Shown: positions 18,232 through 27,253, numbered from the stretch's first letter. The stretch: DNA of 64,000 nt from a virus (IMGVR_UViG_2595698393_000001:1-64000); one strand, 5' to 3'. The notes: generated by a model not told the origin, from the letters alone. Program-made: numbers and translations.

Positions 18232-18693
18232 ATGAGAGATACAAGATTAGAAATTTCTATAGAATCTTTAATAGAGTACAAGTACCCTAACATTAAAGAT
18301 TTGAATGTAGAATGTATTCAGGGTGGTAAGACTGTAATTAAATACAGTAACAAAGATATTCCAAAACAAGATGTAATAGATTTTTTAGGGAGTGTTAAAA
18401 AAGAAACTGCTACTGAAGAATTTATAAAGGATTTAATTAGTGGTAGTGCCTTCGTATTCCACAACGGAAAACTTCTAGTTGAAAAAGGAAGTACCGAAGA
18501 ATCGTTTTTGAATAAACATATAATGTGTACTTCTTCAATAGATGGTGAGTTTTTTACATACACACTAGTTAGGTGCGATAAAAATAGTAGTGAAATAATA
18601 ATGTGCAAAACATTTAGGGAAGAAAAAAACTTTAAAGAGGAAGTTAATAATTTGGCAAAATATTTCAATGCAGATATACTTGAGGAAAAATAA
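18232..18693 (+). CDS. hypothetical protein
   Basis: ORF in operon. Confidence 0.65.
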   Translation: MRDTRLEISIESLIEYKYPNIKDLNVECIQGGKTVIKYSNKDIPKQDVIDFLGSVKKETATEEFIKDLISGSAFVFHNGKLLVEKGSTEESFLNKHIMCTSSIDGEFFTYTLVRCDKNSSEIIMCKTFREEKNFKEEVNNLAKYFNADILEEK

Positions 18694-18954
18694 TAATGGA
18701 TGCAATCCTGGCGAAGATCTTTAGTACAATAATTAAACGATTTTAAAATTGTGGCATCGTAACTTTAAATAATAATAATATGAAAAAATTTAAGGAAGTT
18801 TCTACAGAAAAAGAACGAAAATTAAAATATGAGGGGTTTTGTACTAAATGTAATAAGGTTTCGTTTTTTAGATTGATTAGCGGATCTGTTTTTAAAACTA
18901 ATTACCGATGCATAAAGTGTAAAAATATAGAGGTTATAAATACTTATTAAGCAT

Positions 18955-18996
18955 AAAAAAACCCTTACTAGTAATATAGTAAGGGTTTTTATTTTT
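18955..18996. terminator. bidirectional terminator between convergent operons
   Basis: AAAAACCCTTACTA/TAGTAAGGGTTTTT. Confidence 0.85.
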
Positions 18997-19016
18997 ATGG
19001 TTACCTACAATAAAAA

Positions 19017-19316
19017 CTATTTCATTAGGCTTTCATTGAAATCGTCGTATTCTATTTTGGCTTTACACATTTGCATTTTACCATCTTTAAAGTATGCCTT
19101 CCATGTATCATCATATTCTTCACCCTTACCGTAAATTTCAAAAACTACTTTAGGGTGTTCCTTGCTAACTTCTTTCATTTCCTTTTCAAACTCATACCAT
19201 TTAGTAGGCTCGTCAAAAGGGTCGTAATCTACATGCTCACTTATTACTTCTCTATAGTTTGTAATGCAATCATCACCGCTATATATATCTAATTCAAATT
19301 TTGTATAATATCCCAT
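19017..19316 (-). CDS. conserved phage protein (MGYYTKF... type)
   Basis: KWY...MKEVS..HP..VF.I.G.GEE..D.W..YF.DGK pattern. Confidence 0.7.
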   Translation of the reverse strand: MGYYTKFELDIYSGDDCITNYREVISEHVDYDPFDEPTKWYEFEKEMKEVSKEHPKVVFEIYGKGEEYDDTWKAYFKDGKMQMCKAKIEYDDFNESLMK

Positions 19317-19319
19317 AAC

Positions 19320-19562
19320 TTATCTTTTTGCGTGAAAATTAATTTCTGCGTTTATTGCTTTTAGTATTCTTGATGCCGTAACTATAGAGGGCCGTTTTAG
19401 CCCTCTGATTATCTTTGAAATATCGCCCTGACTTATACCCGTTTCTCGAGAAATGAAGCCCTGTGTAATTCCTAAATTCTGCATTCTTTCGCTTACGTAG
19501 TCCGCAAACTGCATTATTATTTCTTGTTCTGTTTCCGTGTGATCGATATAAGTCTGAGCCAT
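19320..19562 (-). CDS. XRE-family HTH regulator
   Basis: GITQGFISRETGISQGDISKIIRGLKRPS. Confidence 0.85.
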   Translation of the reverse strand: MAQTYIDHTETEQEIIMQFADYVSERMQNLGITQGFISRETGISQGDISKIIRGLKRPSIVTASRILKAINAEINFHAKR

Positions 19563-20056
19563 AATATTAAAAAGTTTTAATTCGTTCTACAAGTGCGCCC
19601 CTTTCATTTATAGAAAGTTCTTCAAAAGTTCTATTATTCATATGCCATCGTCCGTTAAAAACTTGGTAGTTTGTATTCGGTCTTGGTATTTCTTCCTTTA
19701 TTTCTCTGATTGTTTCTAATATTCCAAACATAGTATTTTATTTAGGTGTTTCTTTTTTAAGCTGCTTCTTTTGATCTCTTTTAGGCGGCAAAGTTCCGCT
19801 AATAGTTCCGCCAGTTATTAGGCACTTATTTTGTTCCCACCATGCGGGGGCCAGTTTTTTTTGTGTCGTTTCCATGTTATAACAATAATAAGATTGATAT
19901 TGATAAAATTAAAATAATAGTCCAGTAATAGACGTCTTTAAATGTCGGCTTTTTCATAATAGTAAACCGTAAATGTTAATTGATATTCCTATTGCCCAAA
20001 GAATTAGCACGGTTAAAATTACCGTGCTATCTTTAATTTTTATGTCCTTCATACCT

Positions 20057-20350
20057 TTATTTTTTTGGTTCTTCAACATTAATATATTGTTTGTACTCTT
20101 TGCCTGTTTTCTTACTGGTCCGTAAAATGTACAAACTACCGCGCGAACTTTTAAAAACTGGGTAACTAGTTCCTTTAATATCGATAGTAAACTTAGTTTT
20201 TACCGCTTCGGTTGCTGTTTTGGCTGTTTCTACCTTAACAAGCTTATCACCATCGACTATATATGTAGTTTTTTTTGATTGAGCGAAGCTACACGACGAT
20301 ATAAGTAGTAAAATTCCTGTAATTGTGCCTAAAATGTTTCTTTTTTTCAT
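20057..20350 (-). CDS. exported protein with signal peptide
   Basis: MKKRNILGTITGILLLISSCSFAQ. Confidence 0.7.
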   Translation of the reverse strand: MKKRNILGTITGILLLISSCSFAQSKKTTYIVDGDKLVKVETAKTATEAVKTKFTIDIKGTSYPVFKSSRGSLYILRTSKKTGKEYKQYINVEEPKK

Positions 20351-20368
20351 ATCTAATAAATTTTAATT

Positions 20369-20435
20369 GTTAACACCGCCCAATTAAGGGCGAACGCTTG
20401 CAGCCTAATAACCTATTTTATGCCGCTGCAACGGC
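20369..20435 (-). ncRNA. pistol self-cleaving ribozyme
   Basis: GCCG-UUGCAG-CGGC-AUAAAAUAG-GUUA-UUAGG-CUGCAA-GCGU-UCGCCC-UUAAUU-GGGCGG-UGU-UAAC: P1, 6 bp pseudoknot, AAA linker, GCGU, P3, GU cleavage site, P2. Confidence 0.85.
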
Positions 20436-20570
20436 TTCAATTTTCCATCCTTCGTACTTCATTGCCCAATGTGCACTTTGACTTTGTTTCCTTTGTAACT
20501 GCATATAACATTCGTTTTCTGTTCCTGTGAATTTAATTTCTCCGTCTTGACTTAAATTATATTGTTGCAT
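20418..20570 (-). CDS. hypothetical protein, 50 aa (MQQYNLSQDGEIKF...)
   Basis: Translated by hand; its 3' end overlaps pistol P1. Confidence 0.6.
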   Translation of the reverse strand: MQQYNLSQDGEIKFTGTENECYMQLQRKQSQSAHWAMKYEGWKIEAVAAA

Positions 20571-20596
20571 GGCTTAAATGTTTTTTAGTTCTTGAT

Positions 20597-21124
20597 TTAT
20601 TTAAGTTTTTTAGTATTTCTTATTTCGTTTGCTTGAGATTGAATGAAAAAACAATCTAACAAAATTAAATTTCCTTTATTGTCAATGGCTACATTTCTAG
20701 GTGATATTTCAAATTGAATATCACTACCATAATTGGCACAAGCATCTAAGCATTCTTTTAATAAATTACGAATTGTTTTGTTTGTAATTTTATCAAATTC
20801 TTTGTGCCATGCATCCATTAAATGATGCCTATTTTCAATAAATCCAATACTTAACCCTCTTAACTCCTTATATATTTTATATTGAGACGGTTTTAAATTA
20901 TTTTTTAAAGATTTAGGTCTATTATATAAAGGCATCTTATAAAGGTATTGTTCAATAATTTCTATTTGTGGTAAATGTTTTGATTCTGGAAACCAATTAT
21001 TTGCCATACATTCTTTAATATAATCTGTACTTTTTAAAACAACTGTTTTTTTATCCTCTTGCATATATGCTGTAGAAAACAAGCCTTTACCTATAATGTT
21101 ATTGTATGTTATTTCGTTTATCAT
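20597..21124 (-). CDS. protein kinase-like fold early protein
   Basis: IGKGLFSTAY Gly-loop, VVLK, EISPRNV catalytic-loop-like, LILLD. Confidence 0.6.
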   Translation of the reverse strand: MINEITYNNIIGKGLFSTAYMQEDKKTVVLKSTDYIKECMANNWFPESKHLPQIEIIEQYLYKMPLYNRPKSLKNNLKPSQYKIYKELRGLSIGFIENRHHLMDAWHKEFDKITNKTIRNLLKECLDACANYGSDIQFEISPRNVAIDNKGNLILLDCFFIQSQANEIRNTKKLK

Positions 21125-21171
21125 AATCGTATCTTTTAAAATGTTTATTAATTTTTTTTGTTCTGGTGAGC

Positions 21172-21399
21172 TTATTTAATTATATAGTATTTTAAAACGT
21201 GTTCAAGTTTTCCAAATGTTGATGGGCTGCAGTGATCTTTATTTTTTGGTATTGATATAAAATAACCGCTTTTAACCTGCATTAAATTCCAGTTACTATC
21301 TTCTACCTCGTAGATATTAATAATGTCTTTAGGGTAGCTTAAAACATCTTTTATATATTCCTTTTCAAATGATTTTAAAGGCCTGTTATTTAATACCAT
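21172..21399 (-). CDS. hypothetical early protein
   Basis: ORF; the true start is probably upstream across an A-run frameshift. Confidence 0.6.
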   Translation of the reverse strand: MVLNNRPLKSFEKEYIKDVLSYPKDIINIYEVEDSNWNLMQVKSGYFISIPKNKDHCSPSTFGKLEHVLKYYIIK

Positions 21400-21593
21400 A
21401 ACCCTTTTTTTGTTCCTTCCGGTGTTGTCTTCATAACCTTATTTTTATTTATTACCTAATAAATACCTTATAACGGTATTAATTTTGTTCTTCTCGTTTA
21501 ATTCTTTCAGCTCTTTAGCTGTATAAACGTTTACTCTTGCTCCTGCATGTATAATTGTCAGGCCTGTTTTTGTCTGTGCCATTGGTGAGGGGT

Positions 21594-21740
21594 TTATTTT
21601 AAGTAATCCGTGTTTAAATCTCCGTTAATTAAGCCTATTACTAAACTTCCAATAGTTACCGCAATAACTCCAAGAAATAAAACCTTAATTAATAACTCTA
21701 CTTTGTTTGTGTTTTCTAGTACTCTGTTTAATGTCTTCAT
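21594..21740 (-). CDS. small membrane protein, 48 aa
   Basis: Translated by hand: MKTLNRVLENTNKVELLIKVLFLGVIAVTIGSLVIGLING... Confidence 0.6.
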   Translation of the reverse strand: MKTLNRVLENTNKVELLIKVLFLGVIAVTIGSLVIGLINGDLNTDYLK

Positions 21741-21766
21741 AATATTTATGTTTTAAATGTTTGTTT

Positions 21767-21819
21767 TAGATTAAGATGCTTCACAGCATTTCGTCCTTCT
21801 GGACTCGTCAGTTAATCTA
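21767..21819 (-). ncRNA. type I hammerhead ribozyme
   Basis: UAGAUUAA-CUGACGA-GUCC-AGAA-GGAC-GAAA-UGC-UGUGAA-GCA-UC-UUAAUCUA: complete core, three stems, AUC cleavage triplet. Confidence 0.92.
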
Positions 21820-22162
21820 GATACTCCTCTTCTATTTCATCTTTTACAATTTCATAAACCTTTTCAATTGAAGTCGAATAAATAATTTGTTCATCCCCTT
21901 CTATGTTATATTTAAAAGGCATGTTTCCGTTCATGTCTGTCATACCATCCTCGTTTGTTATCTCGTAGTCAATTCCTTTGTAGCTTCCTATAATGCTATT
22001 CATAATCGTATCTTTTAATTTATTTAACTCTATTATTTTAAGCCTTACAATATCTATTGTATTATTCAAGTCTGTTCTGTTTATTCCTTTCAGATTGTAT
22101 TTTTTATCAAATCCATAAAGGGCATTTAATAAATCGTTATTCTCTTTTAATTCTTTTTCCAT
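21812..22162 (-). CDS. hypothetical early protein
   Basis: Its stop codon forms part of hammerhead stem I; possible internal start at MNSIIG. Confidence 0.6.
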   Translation of the reverse strand: MEKELKENNDLLNALYGFDKKYNLKGINRTDLNNTIDIVRLKIIELNKLKDTIMNSIIGSYKGIDYEITNEDGMTDMNGNMPFKYNIEGDEQIIYSTSIEKVYEIVKDEIEEEYLD

Positions 22163-22180
22163 GTCTTTAGTTTTTAAATA

Positions 22181-22375
22181 TTAATATTGTCTTTCTACGT
22201 ACTCGTTAATAAAATACTCTTGTATCTGTTGCATACACATCTTAATTCTATACTGTGTACATTGTGTTAAATAGTTTGCTCCTTCTTTAATAATGTTATC
22301 ACTATTAAACCATTCTTTGAATTCAACCTCTACCCCTAACTCTTGTAATGCTGTTAATGTATTTACGCTATTCAT
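22181..22375 (-). CDS. hypothetical early protein
   Basis: First ORF after the early promoter. Confidence 0.65.
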   Translation of the reverse strand: MNSVNTLTALQELGVEVEFKEWFNSDNIIKEGANYLTQCTQYRIKMCMQQIQEYFINEYVERQY

Positions 22376-22498
22376 AATCTTATCCTTTTATATGGTTAAT
22401 ACTCTTTAATTAGCTAGGCAGTTAGTAGCGAGCTAAATCCAATCTCTTTTATACCTTATATATAGGTATTAGATTCTGCCTAATTTTATGCTTCTTTA

Positions 22499-22514
22499 TA
22501 TGTCAATGAACTTT
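22499..22514 (-). promoter_or_regulatory. boxA-like antitermination element (AAAGTTCATTGACATA)
   Basis: Resembles rRNA-leader boxA; about 50 nt downstream of the promoter; related copy at 22660-22674. Confidence 0.5.
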
Positions 22515-22563
22515 GTGCCTCTCGCAACCCCTATAAACAGTGAGGTTATTCCCTTACACATGG

Positions 22564-22595
22564 CTAAAGTACATATTATATACAGTTATCGCAAA
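22564..22595 (-). promoter_or_regulatory. early promoter TTTG-N20-TACTTTAG
   Basis: Near-consensus Bacteroidota -33/-7 promoter with correct spacing. Confidence 0.7.
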
Positions 22596-23389
22596 TAAAA
22601 CAGAATAAATCGTTATCACTTGTTTTTATAGCTATTTTAAGATCAATAGATATTTCTTATAGGTCAATGAATTCAGGCCATTAGACGTGTTCTTATTGTG
22701 GTTTACCTGCACCTATATAATAGGACTATTTAAAGACCTGTATAAATAAGGGGTAATTGTTGTAGTTTTTAGAGGTTGGCCAATGTGTGGGTTTTGTTTG
22801 TCACTAACACAAAAACGTGCGCAGAAAATAAAAAACGTGCGCATATCTGTAGAACTAAGCGAAATCCGGACATCAATACCTTATTATAGTACGTCATTAC
22901 TGGAATATAGTTGCCCGTTGTGCATTGGTTGTTCAAATATTGCACGTATAAGGCGTAACTTTCTGTAAATTAGTAGGTTAATTGCTAAAAGACGTGCCCA
23001 TAGTAGGAGTACGCACAATTAGTATGGCCCAAAACCACCAAATTAGTACAGATCAAAAAGTCAAAAATCTAACTGGATACATATCGAAATGCACCCCCGT
23101 GGGGTAAATATCTCGAGTTTTCCTTTCGACCGGGATCGCTCGATACTAGTACTCCATCCCCACAACATTATCACGAGAGATTTTTTGGAATAAAAAAAGG
23201 CACCGACTATAAATCGATACCTTTTAGATGTGGGTCTCCTTTCTTTGGGTTAAACTTCCGTTATGTAAATATAGGTTAATTATTCTTAAAATCAGTAGTT
23301 TCTATCTATACTATATAAAGTAAGATAGGATTTCTCCTTTACATTACTGGTTATTAATAAGTTACGATATTTTCATTGGGCTGAGGGTG

Positions 23390-23464
23390 TGTCTAACTTT
23401 CATTATCTGAGACGTTTAGACATTCTGTAAAATGCTAACTTTCATCCTGAGTGAAAGTTAGACA
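23390..23464. promoter_or_regulatory. tandem palindromes built on CTAACTTTCA (operator-like)
   Basis: TGTCTAACTTTCA...TTAGACA and CTAACTTTCA-N7-TGAAAGTTAG. Confidence 0.5.
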
Positions 23465-23509
23465 TTGGAATTACATACGATTTTTATATTAGAATCAAAA
23501 CTTTTATTA

Positions 23510-23615
23510 TATATTTGTCTAGCCGACCTTCACATTAAGGCGAAAGATATTCAAGGACCTATATAATTTGGAATCAGGGTGAAGGCTGAGGAAGGGTTGT
23601 ACTAGGTCTTTTTTT
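23510..23615 (+). promoter_or_regulatory. promoter (-7 box TATATTTG) and attenuator-like leader
   Basis: CCTTCAC (23527-23533) complementary to GTGAAGG (23579-23585) inside the loop of terminator AAGGACCTA/TAGGTCTT + T-run. Confidence 0.65.
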
Positions 23616-23631
23616 AATTAAACTAGGGATT

Positions 23632-23997
23632 ATGGGAAACACAAGAGAGATTAAATTTAGATACAGATTGAAATTAGTATCGGATGACTGGGGCAGATAC
23701 AAAGAAGGGGATATTGATGTTTTTTACTTCTCACTAAACGATAAGCAGTCTGGGCTTTATAGATTCGCTATAGACGAAAGATGGGATGTTGTTAGTTGCG
23801 ATGAATACACAGGACTTAAAGATAAGGATGGGAATGAGATTTATGAAGGGGATATACTAAACAATAACACTATAGTTGTTTTTTCTTTAGAGCAAGCTTG
23901 TTATTTTTCTGGAGGCGTTCCATTATGTATGAGTCATTCACACAGAGAAGTAATAGGAAACATCCACGAGAATCCGGAACTAATCGATAAAAACTAG
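23632..23997 (+). CDS. YopX family protein
   Basis: REIKFR, YTGLKDKDGNEIYEGDIL, EVIGNIHENPEL. Confidence 0.9.
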   Translation: MGNTREIKFRYRLKLVSDDWGRYKEGDIDVFYFSLNDKQSGLYRFAIDERWDVVSCDEYTGLKDKDGNEIYEGDILNNNTIVVFSLEQACYFSGGVPLCMSHSHREVIGNIHENPELIDKN

Positions 23998-24002
23998 GGA
24001 TT

Positions 24003-24248
24003 ATGAATAAGCCAGATATTATAGGTGTTGAGGTTTTAACTCCGGATGGAAGAGGAAGTATATTGTCATTACATCCTAGAAAAGTAATAGTTCATTTGAA
24101 CTCAAGGGGAGTCAATCAATTAATGAAAGGACTCAAAAGAGGGGAACTTCATTACGCATACGATTATTCAGATGTTGAAATAATAAAAGGTCAATATTGT
24201 TTTAACGACGAAAGAATTAATTTGCAATACGATAAACTAACAAACTAA
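24003..24248 (+). CDS. hypothetical protein
   Basis: ORF in operon. Confidence 0.65.
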   Translation: MNKPDIIGVEVLTPDGRGSILSLHPRKVIVHLNSRGVNQLMKGLKRGELHYAYDYSDVEIIKGQYCFNDERINLQYDKLTN

Positions 24249-24253
24249 AGATT

Positions 24254-24565
24254 ATGAATTTTATTAAGAGATTATTTGAAAAAAAGGAAACTACTAATAC
24301 TAACATCAATAAGAGCAAGGATCCAAGCGACTATAAAAAATGTAGCCTTAGTAGTGAATGGTACAGCGATAATCACTACTGTACTAAATGCAAAAAAAGC
24401 ACAGGTCATAATGAATACATGAGTGATATATGTAATGGTTGTGGAAGCTTTGATACTCAAAAACGATTTGGAAGAAGTTATCGAAAAATAATGATAGAAG
24501 GCAAATGGAAATACCAAGTAAGATACAAAAATGGGAATGAAGAAATAATAGATAAATGGTATTAA
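24254..24565 (+). CDS. Cys-rich zinc-finger-like protein
   Basis: CTKC...CNGC. Confidence 0.65.
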   Translation: MNFIKRLFEKKETTNTNINKSKDPSDYKKCSLSSEWYSDNHYCTKCKKSTGHNEYMSDICNGCGSFDTQKRFGRSYRKIMIEGKWKYQVRYKNGNEEIIDKWY

Positions 24566-24585
24566 CAAACTAAAAGGGGAAAGTT

Positions 24586-24990
24586 ATGAATGCAAACGAA
24601 TTAAGAAAGGGTATTTATGTAAGAGACAGGAGTGGTAAAGAAATGTTAATAGATTTTATTGATATGCCTAACAATAAGGTAGGTATGAATATGTTAGTCA
24701 TGGGTATTCCTGTTCACCCTTTAACAGAATTTATTGACTACTTACAACCAATACCATTAACAGAAGAGTGGTTACTTAAGTTTGGGTTTGTTAAAAATGA
24801 TTGGACTGATGGAGGTACAATCATTTATTACGGTTGGCAAAATGGTGCTGTTTTACTAGAGACAGATAGTAATAGTAGTTTTTTTATTTTAGACGGAAAA
24901 CACGAGGAATTTAATAATATAAAACACGTACACCAACTACAAAACCTATACTTTGCATTAACTGGAGAAGAACTAACAACTAAAAAATAA
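24586..24990 (+). CDS. conserved Bacteroidota phage protein
   Basis: ANELR, PIPLTEEWLLKFGF, VHQLQNLYFALTGEEL. Confidence 0.8.
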   Translation: MNANELRKGIYVRDRSGKEMLIDFIDMPNNKVGMNMLVMGIPVHPLTEFIDYLQPIPLTEEWLLKFGFVKNDWTDGGTIIYYGWQNGAVLLETDSNSSFFILDGKHEEFNNIKHVHQLQNLYFALTGEELTTKK

Positions 24991-25000
24991 ATTTAAAATT

Positions 25001-25513
25001 ATGAAACTAAGTATTGAAACAAGTAAATTGCAAGGAGCATCACAATACAATTGGATAGCTAAGGTTGACAGCGTTAAATATGACGCCTTTAAGATGAACT
25101 ATCCAGGATCGGTTGCATACGGACAAACCGATGAACATGCATACAACAAGCTAAAAGCTATTTTAGAAAAAATGGGCCATACCGTTATAGAAGAAGAAGA
25201 CGAAACTACTCCTAGAATAAAAACGGATGAATTAGGTTGGTCGGAGATAGTCAACTTAATAGGCAACGAAGACATTAGTCCGGCAGAAATACTAACTGAG
25301 ATCGCGTTAGACAAACAGAGTGTTGAGAAGGACACATTGATTGCTGAGACAAAGCTACAGCGTTTAAAAGCTAAAGAGTTGCAATTAAAAGCTTCGGCAT
25401 TACATGTTATGAAGTATATAAAGAAGGAGTTTCCGTTGGTGGTAATTAACGACGGATTTATTGTTGTTGTAACTAGAGACGCAATAACCATAGAAAGTAA
25501 CGTAATAAAATAA
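25001..25513 (+). CDS. hypothetical protein
   Basis: ORF in operon. Confidence 0.7.
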   Translation: MKLSIETSKLQGASQYNWIAKVDSVKYDAFKMNYPGSVAYGQTDEHAYNKLKAILEKMGHTVIEEEDETTPRIKTDELGWSEIVNLIGNEDISPAEILTEIALDKQSVEKDTLIAETKLQRLKAKELQLKASALHVMKYIKKEFPLVVINDGFIVVVTRDAITIESNVIK

Positions 25514-25686
25514 CCAATGGGATATAAAGACGAGAACATCAAGCACAGAATGGGGTTTAATACTAGTAAACCTAAATACAAATGCCCTTATTGCAAGGGT
25601 GGAATAGGCGTTAAGGCTTCTTTTGTAAGTTGTCCTACATGCAAGAAGGTAGTAGACGGAGACGATTTAATAACAAGTAAATAAAG

Positions 25687-25944
25687 GTGATTATGTTTCC
25701 AAAAGAAAAAGCGAAAAATCTTGTAGATAAAATGTACAAGGTAGCGACAAAAAACTATGCAGATAATGACTATGCTCAAATATTAGCAAATAAAATGTGG
25801 TTTACAGAAGCTAAAGAGTCTGCTAAAATTTGTGTAAAAGAAATAATAACAGAATTAAATAGTATAGAGAGTAAAGATTTAAGTGATTTACAATTTTGGA
25901 ATGAGGTTGATTACGAAATAGATTCACTTCAAAATATAGGTTAA
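25687..25944 (+). CDS. conserved phage protein
   Basis: PKEKAKNLV, AKICVKEII, FWNEV. Confidence 0.7.
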   Translation: MIMFPKEKAKNLVDKMYKVATKNYADNDYAQILANKMWFTEAKESAKICVKEIITELNSIESKDLSDLQFWNEVDYEIDSLQNIG

Positions 25945-26166
25945 ATGAAACTACTATCTAACGGTAAAGTAATACTAGAGCCACAAGAATACGCTAATGT
26001 ATTAGAAACCATTAAAAGCCAAAAGAAGCTATTAGCAAACAATAACTTTTACATGGAGAAATGGACTAAAGAAATTAACTCTCTAAATAAACAATTAGAG
26101 ATTAAAGAAACTGAATTAAACGAAAGCCATTGCGGTGGATGTGTTAAAAATTAAAACAATTAAATT

Positions 26167-26526
26167 ATGAAAAAATTATTTTTATTATTAGTATTATTAT
26201 CTTCAACTATTAGTTTTTCTCAGGATAAAGCATATAATCTTACAGTTATTGAACATTTAGGTGTTGATGTGTATAATTTGCTTTATGAAGCTAAAATATA
26301 TGTAGGTGAAAATGTTGCAATTATAGATTCTGATTTATTCGATAGCGGATCTTTGAATTTTATATTTAGTTGCGTCAAGCAAGATGGAGATAAAAAGGTG
26401 TATAATGGATACATTTCTAAGGGGGATTTTAATAACTACCATTTTCATATGAGTATAACTAGCACATTAGTATATGTTAAAGTTAATGGACATGTATTCG
26501 CTTACGGTATAAAAAAGGATCAATAA
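26167..26526 (+). CDS. exported protein with signal peptide
   Basis: MKKLFLLLVLLSSTISFS-Q. Confidence 0.7.
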   Translation: MKKLFLLLVLLSSTISFSQDKAYNLTVIEHLGVDVYNLLYEAKIYVGENVAIIDSDLFDSGSLNFIFSCVKQDGDKKVYNGYISKGDFNNYHFHMSITSTLVYVKVNGHVFAYGIKKDQ

Positions 26527-26592
26527 CATGAAAAACAAAATAAAAAGAATACTAGAGTGTCTTGAGCACTATCACAGATAAAATATAAGGCC

Positions 26593-26937
26593 ATGAAGAT
26601 ACCAAAAAGCTTTAAGTTATTCGCTACTACAATAAACGTTGAGTTCGATAGTGAGACGTTAAGCTACAACTCTACATTGGGAGACTGTAGTTTTTGCGAC
26701 AACAAAATAAATCTTAGCGATAGCTATAAAGGAAATCCTATTCCAGAATCAACAATTGTTGACACGTTTTATCACGAGCGAACACATGTTATACTCGATG
26801 CAATGGGAAGACACGAGTTATCTCAGGACGAAGAATTTGTTGAGGTATTTTCTAGGCTCCTAAGACAAGCAGACGAGACTGCGGAATTTAAGAAAGAGGA
26901 ATTTGATTTATCAAAATTAATAAAAGACAGAGAATAA
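26593..26937 (+). CDS. HExxH metallopeptidase-like protein
   Basis: TFYHERTHVILD...DEEFV. Confidence 0.7.
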   Translation: MKIPKSFKLFATTINVEFDSETLSYNSTLGDCSFCDNKINLSDSYKGNPIPESTIVDTFYHERTHVILDAMGRHELSQDEEFVEVFSRLLRQADETAEFKKEEFDLSKLIKDRE

Positions 26938-26938
26938 C

Positions 26939-27247
26939 ATGAAAAATATAACACTAGCATTATTACTATTAACTTCATTTATTAGCATAGGACAAATTTA
27001 TGAGGATGATGAAGGTTATATTTCTACTATTATAAATCCAATTAGTATAGATGTTTATGATCGTACTATGGAAAACATTGTTCCCCTTCCATACAATATA
27101 AACGACCATGTTTGCGATTGGAACATTAACAACGGAGTATACAATCCATGTAACGATAGTAACGAAATAGCTAAACTAAGAATAAGAATTGAAGAACTTG
27201 AAGCAATGCTAAAACGAATAGAAGCTAAATTAGATAAAAGAGAGTAA
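26939..27247 (+). CDS. exported protein with C-terminal coiled coil
   Basis: MKNITLALLLLTSFISIG-Q. Confidence 0.65.
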   Translation: MKNITLALLLLTSFISIGQIYEDDEGYISTIINPISIDVYDRTMENIVPLPYNINDHVCDWNINNGVYNPCNDSNEIAKLRIRIEELEAMLKRIEAKLDKRE

Positions 27248-27253
27248 CCCTTA

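Noticed and set aside
22783-22968. 61-aa plus-strand ORF in the switch region
   Set aside because: Lies in a repeat-rich non-coding region, has atypical composition and no start context
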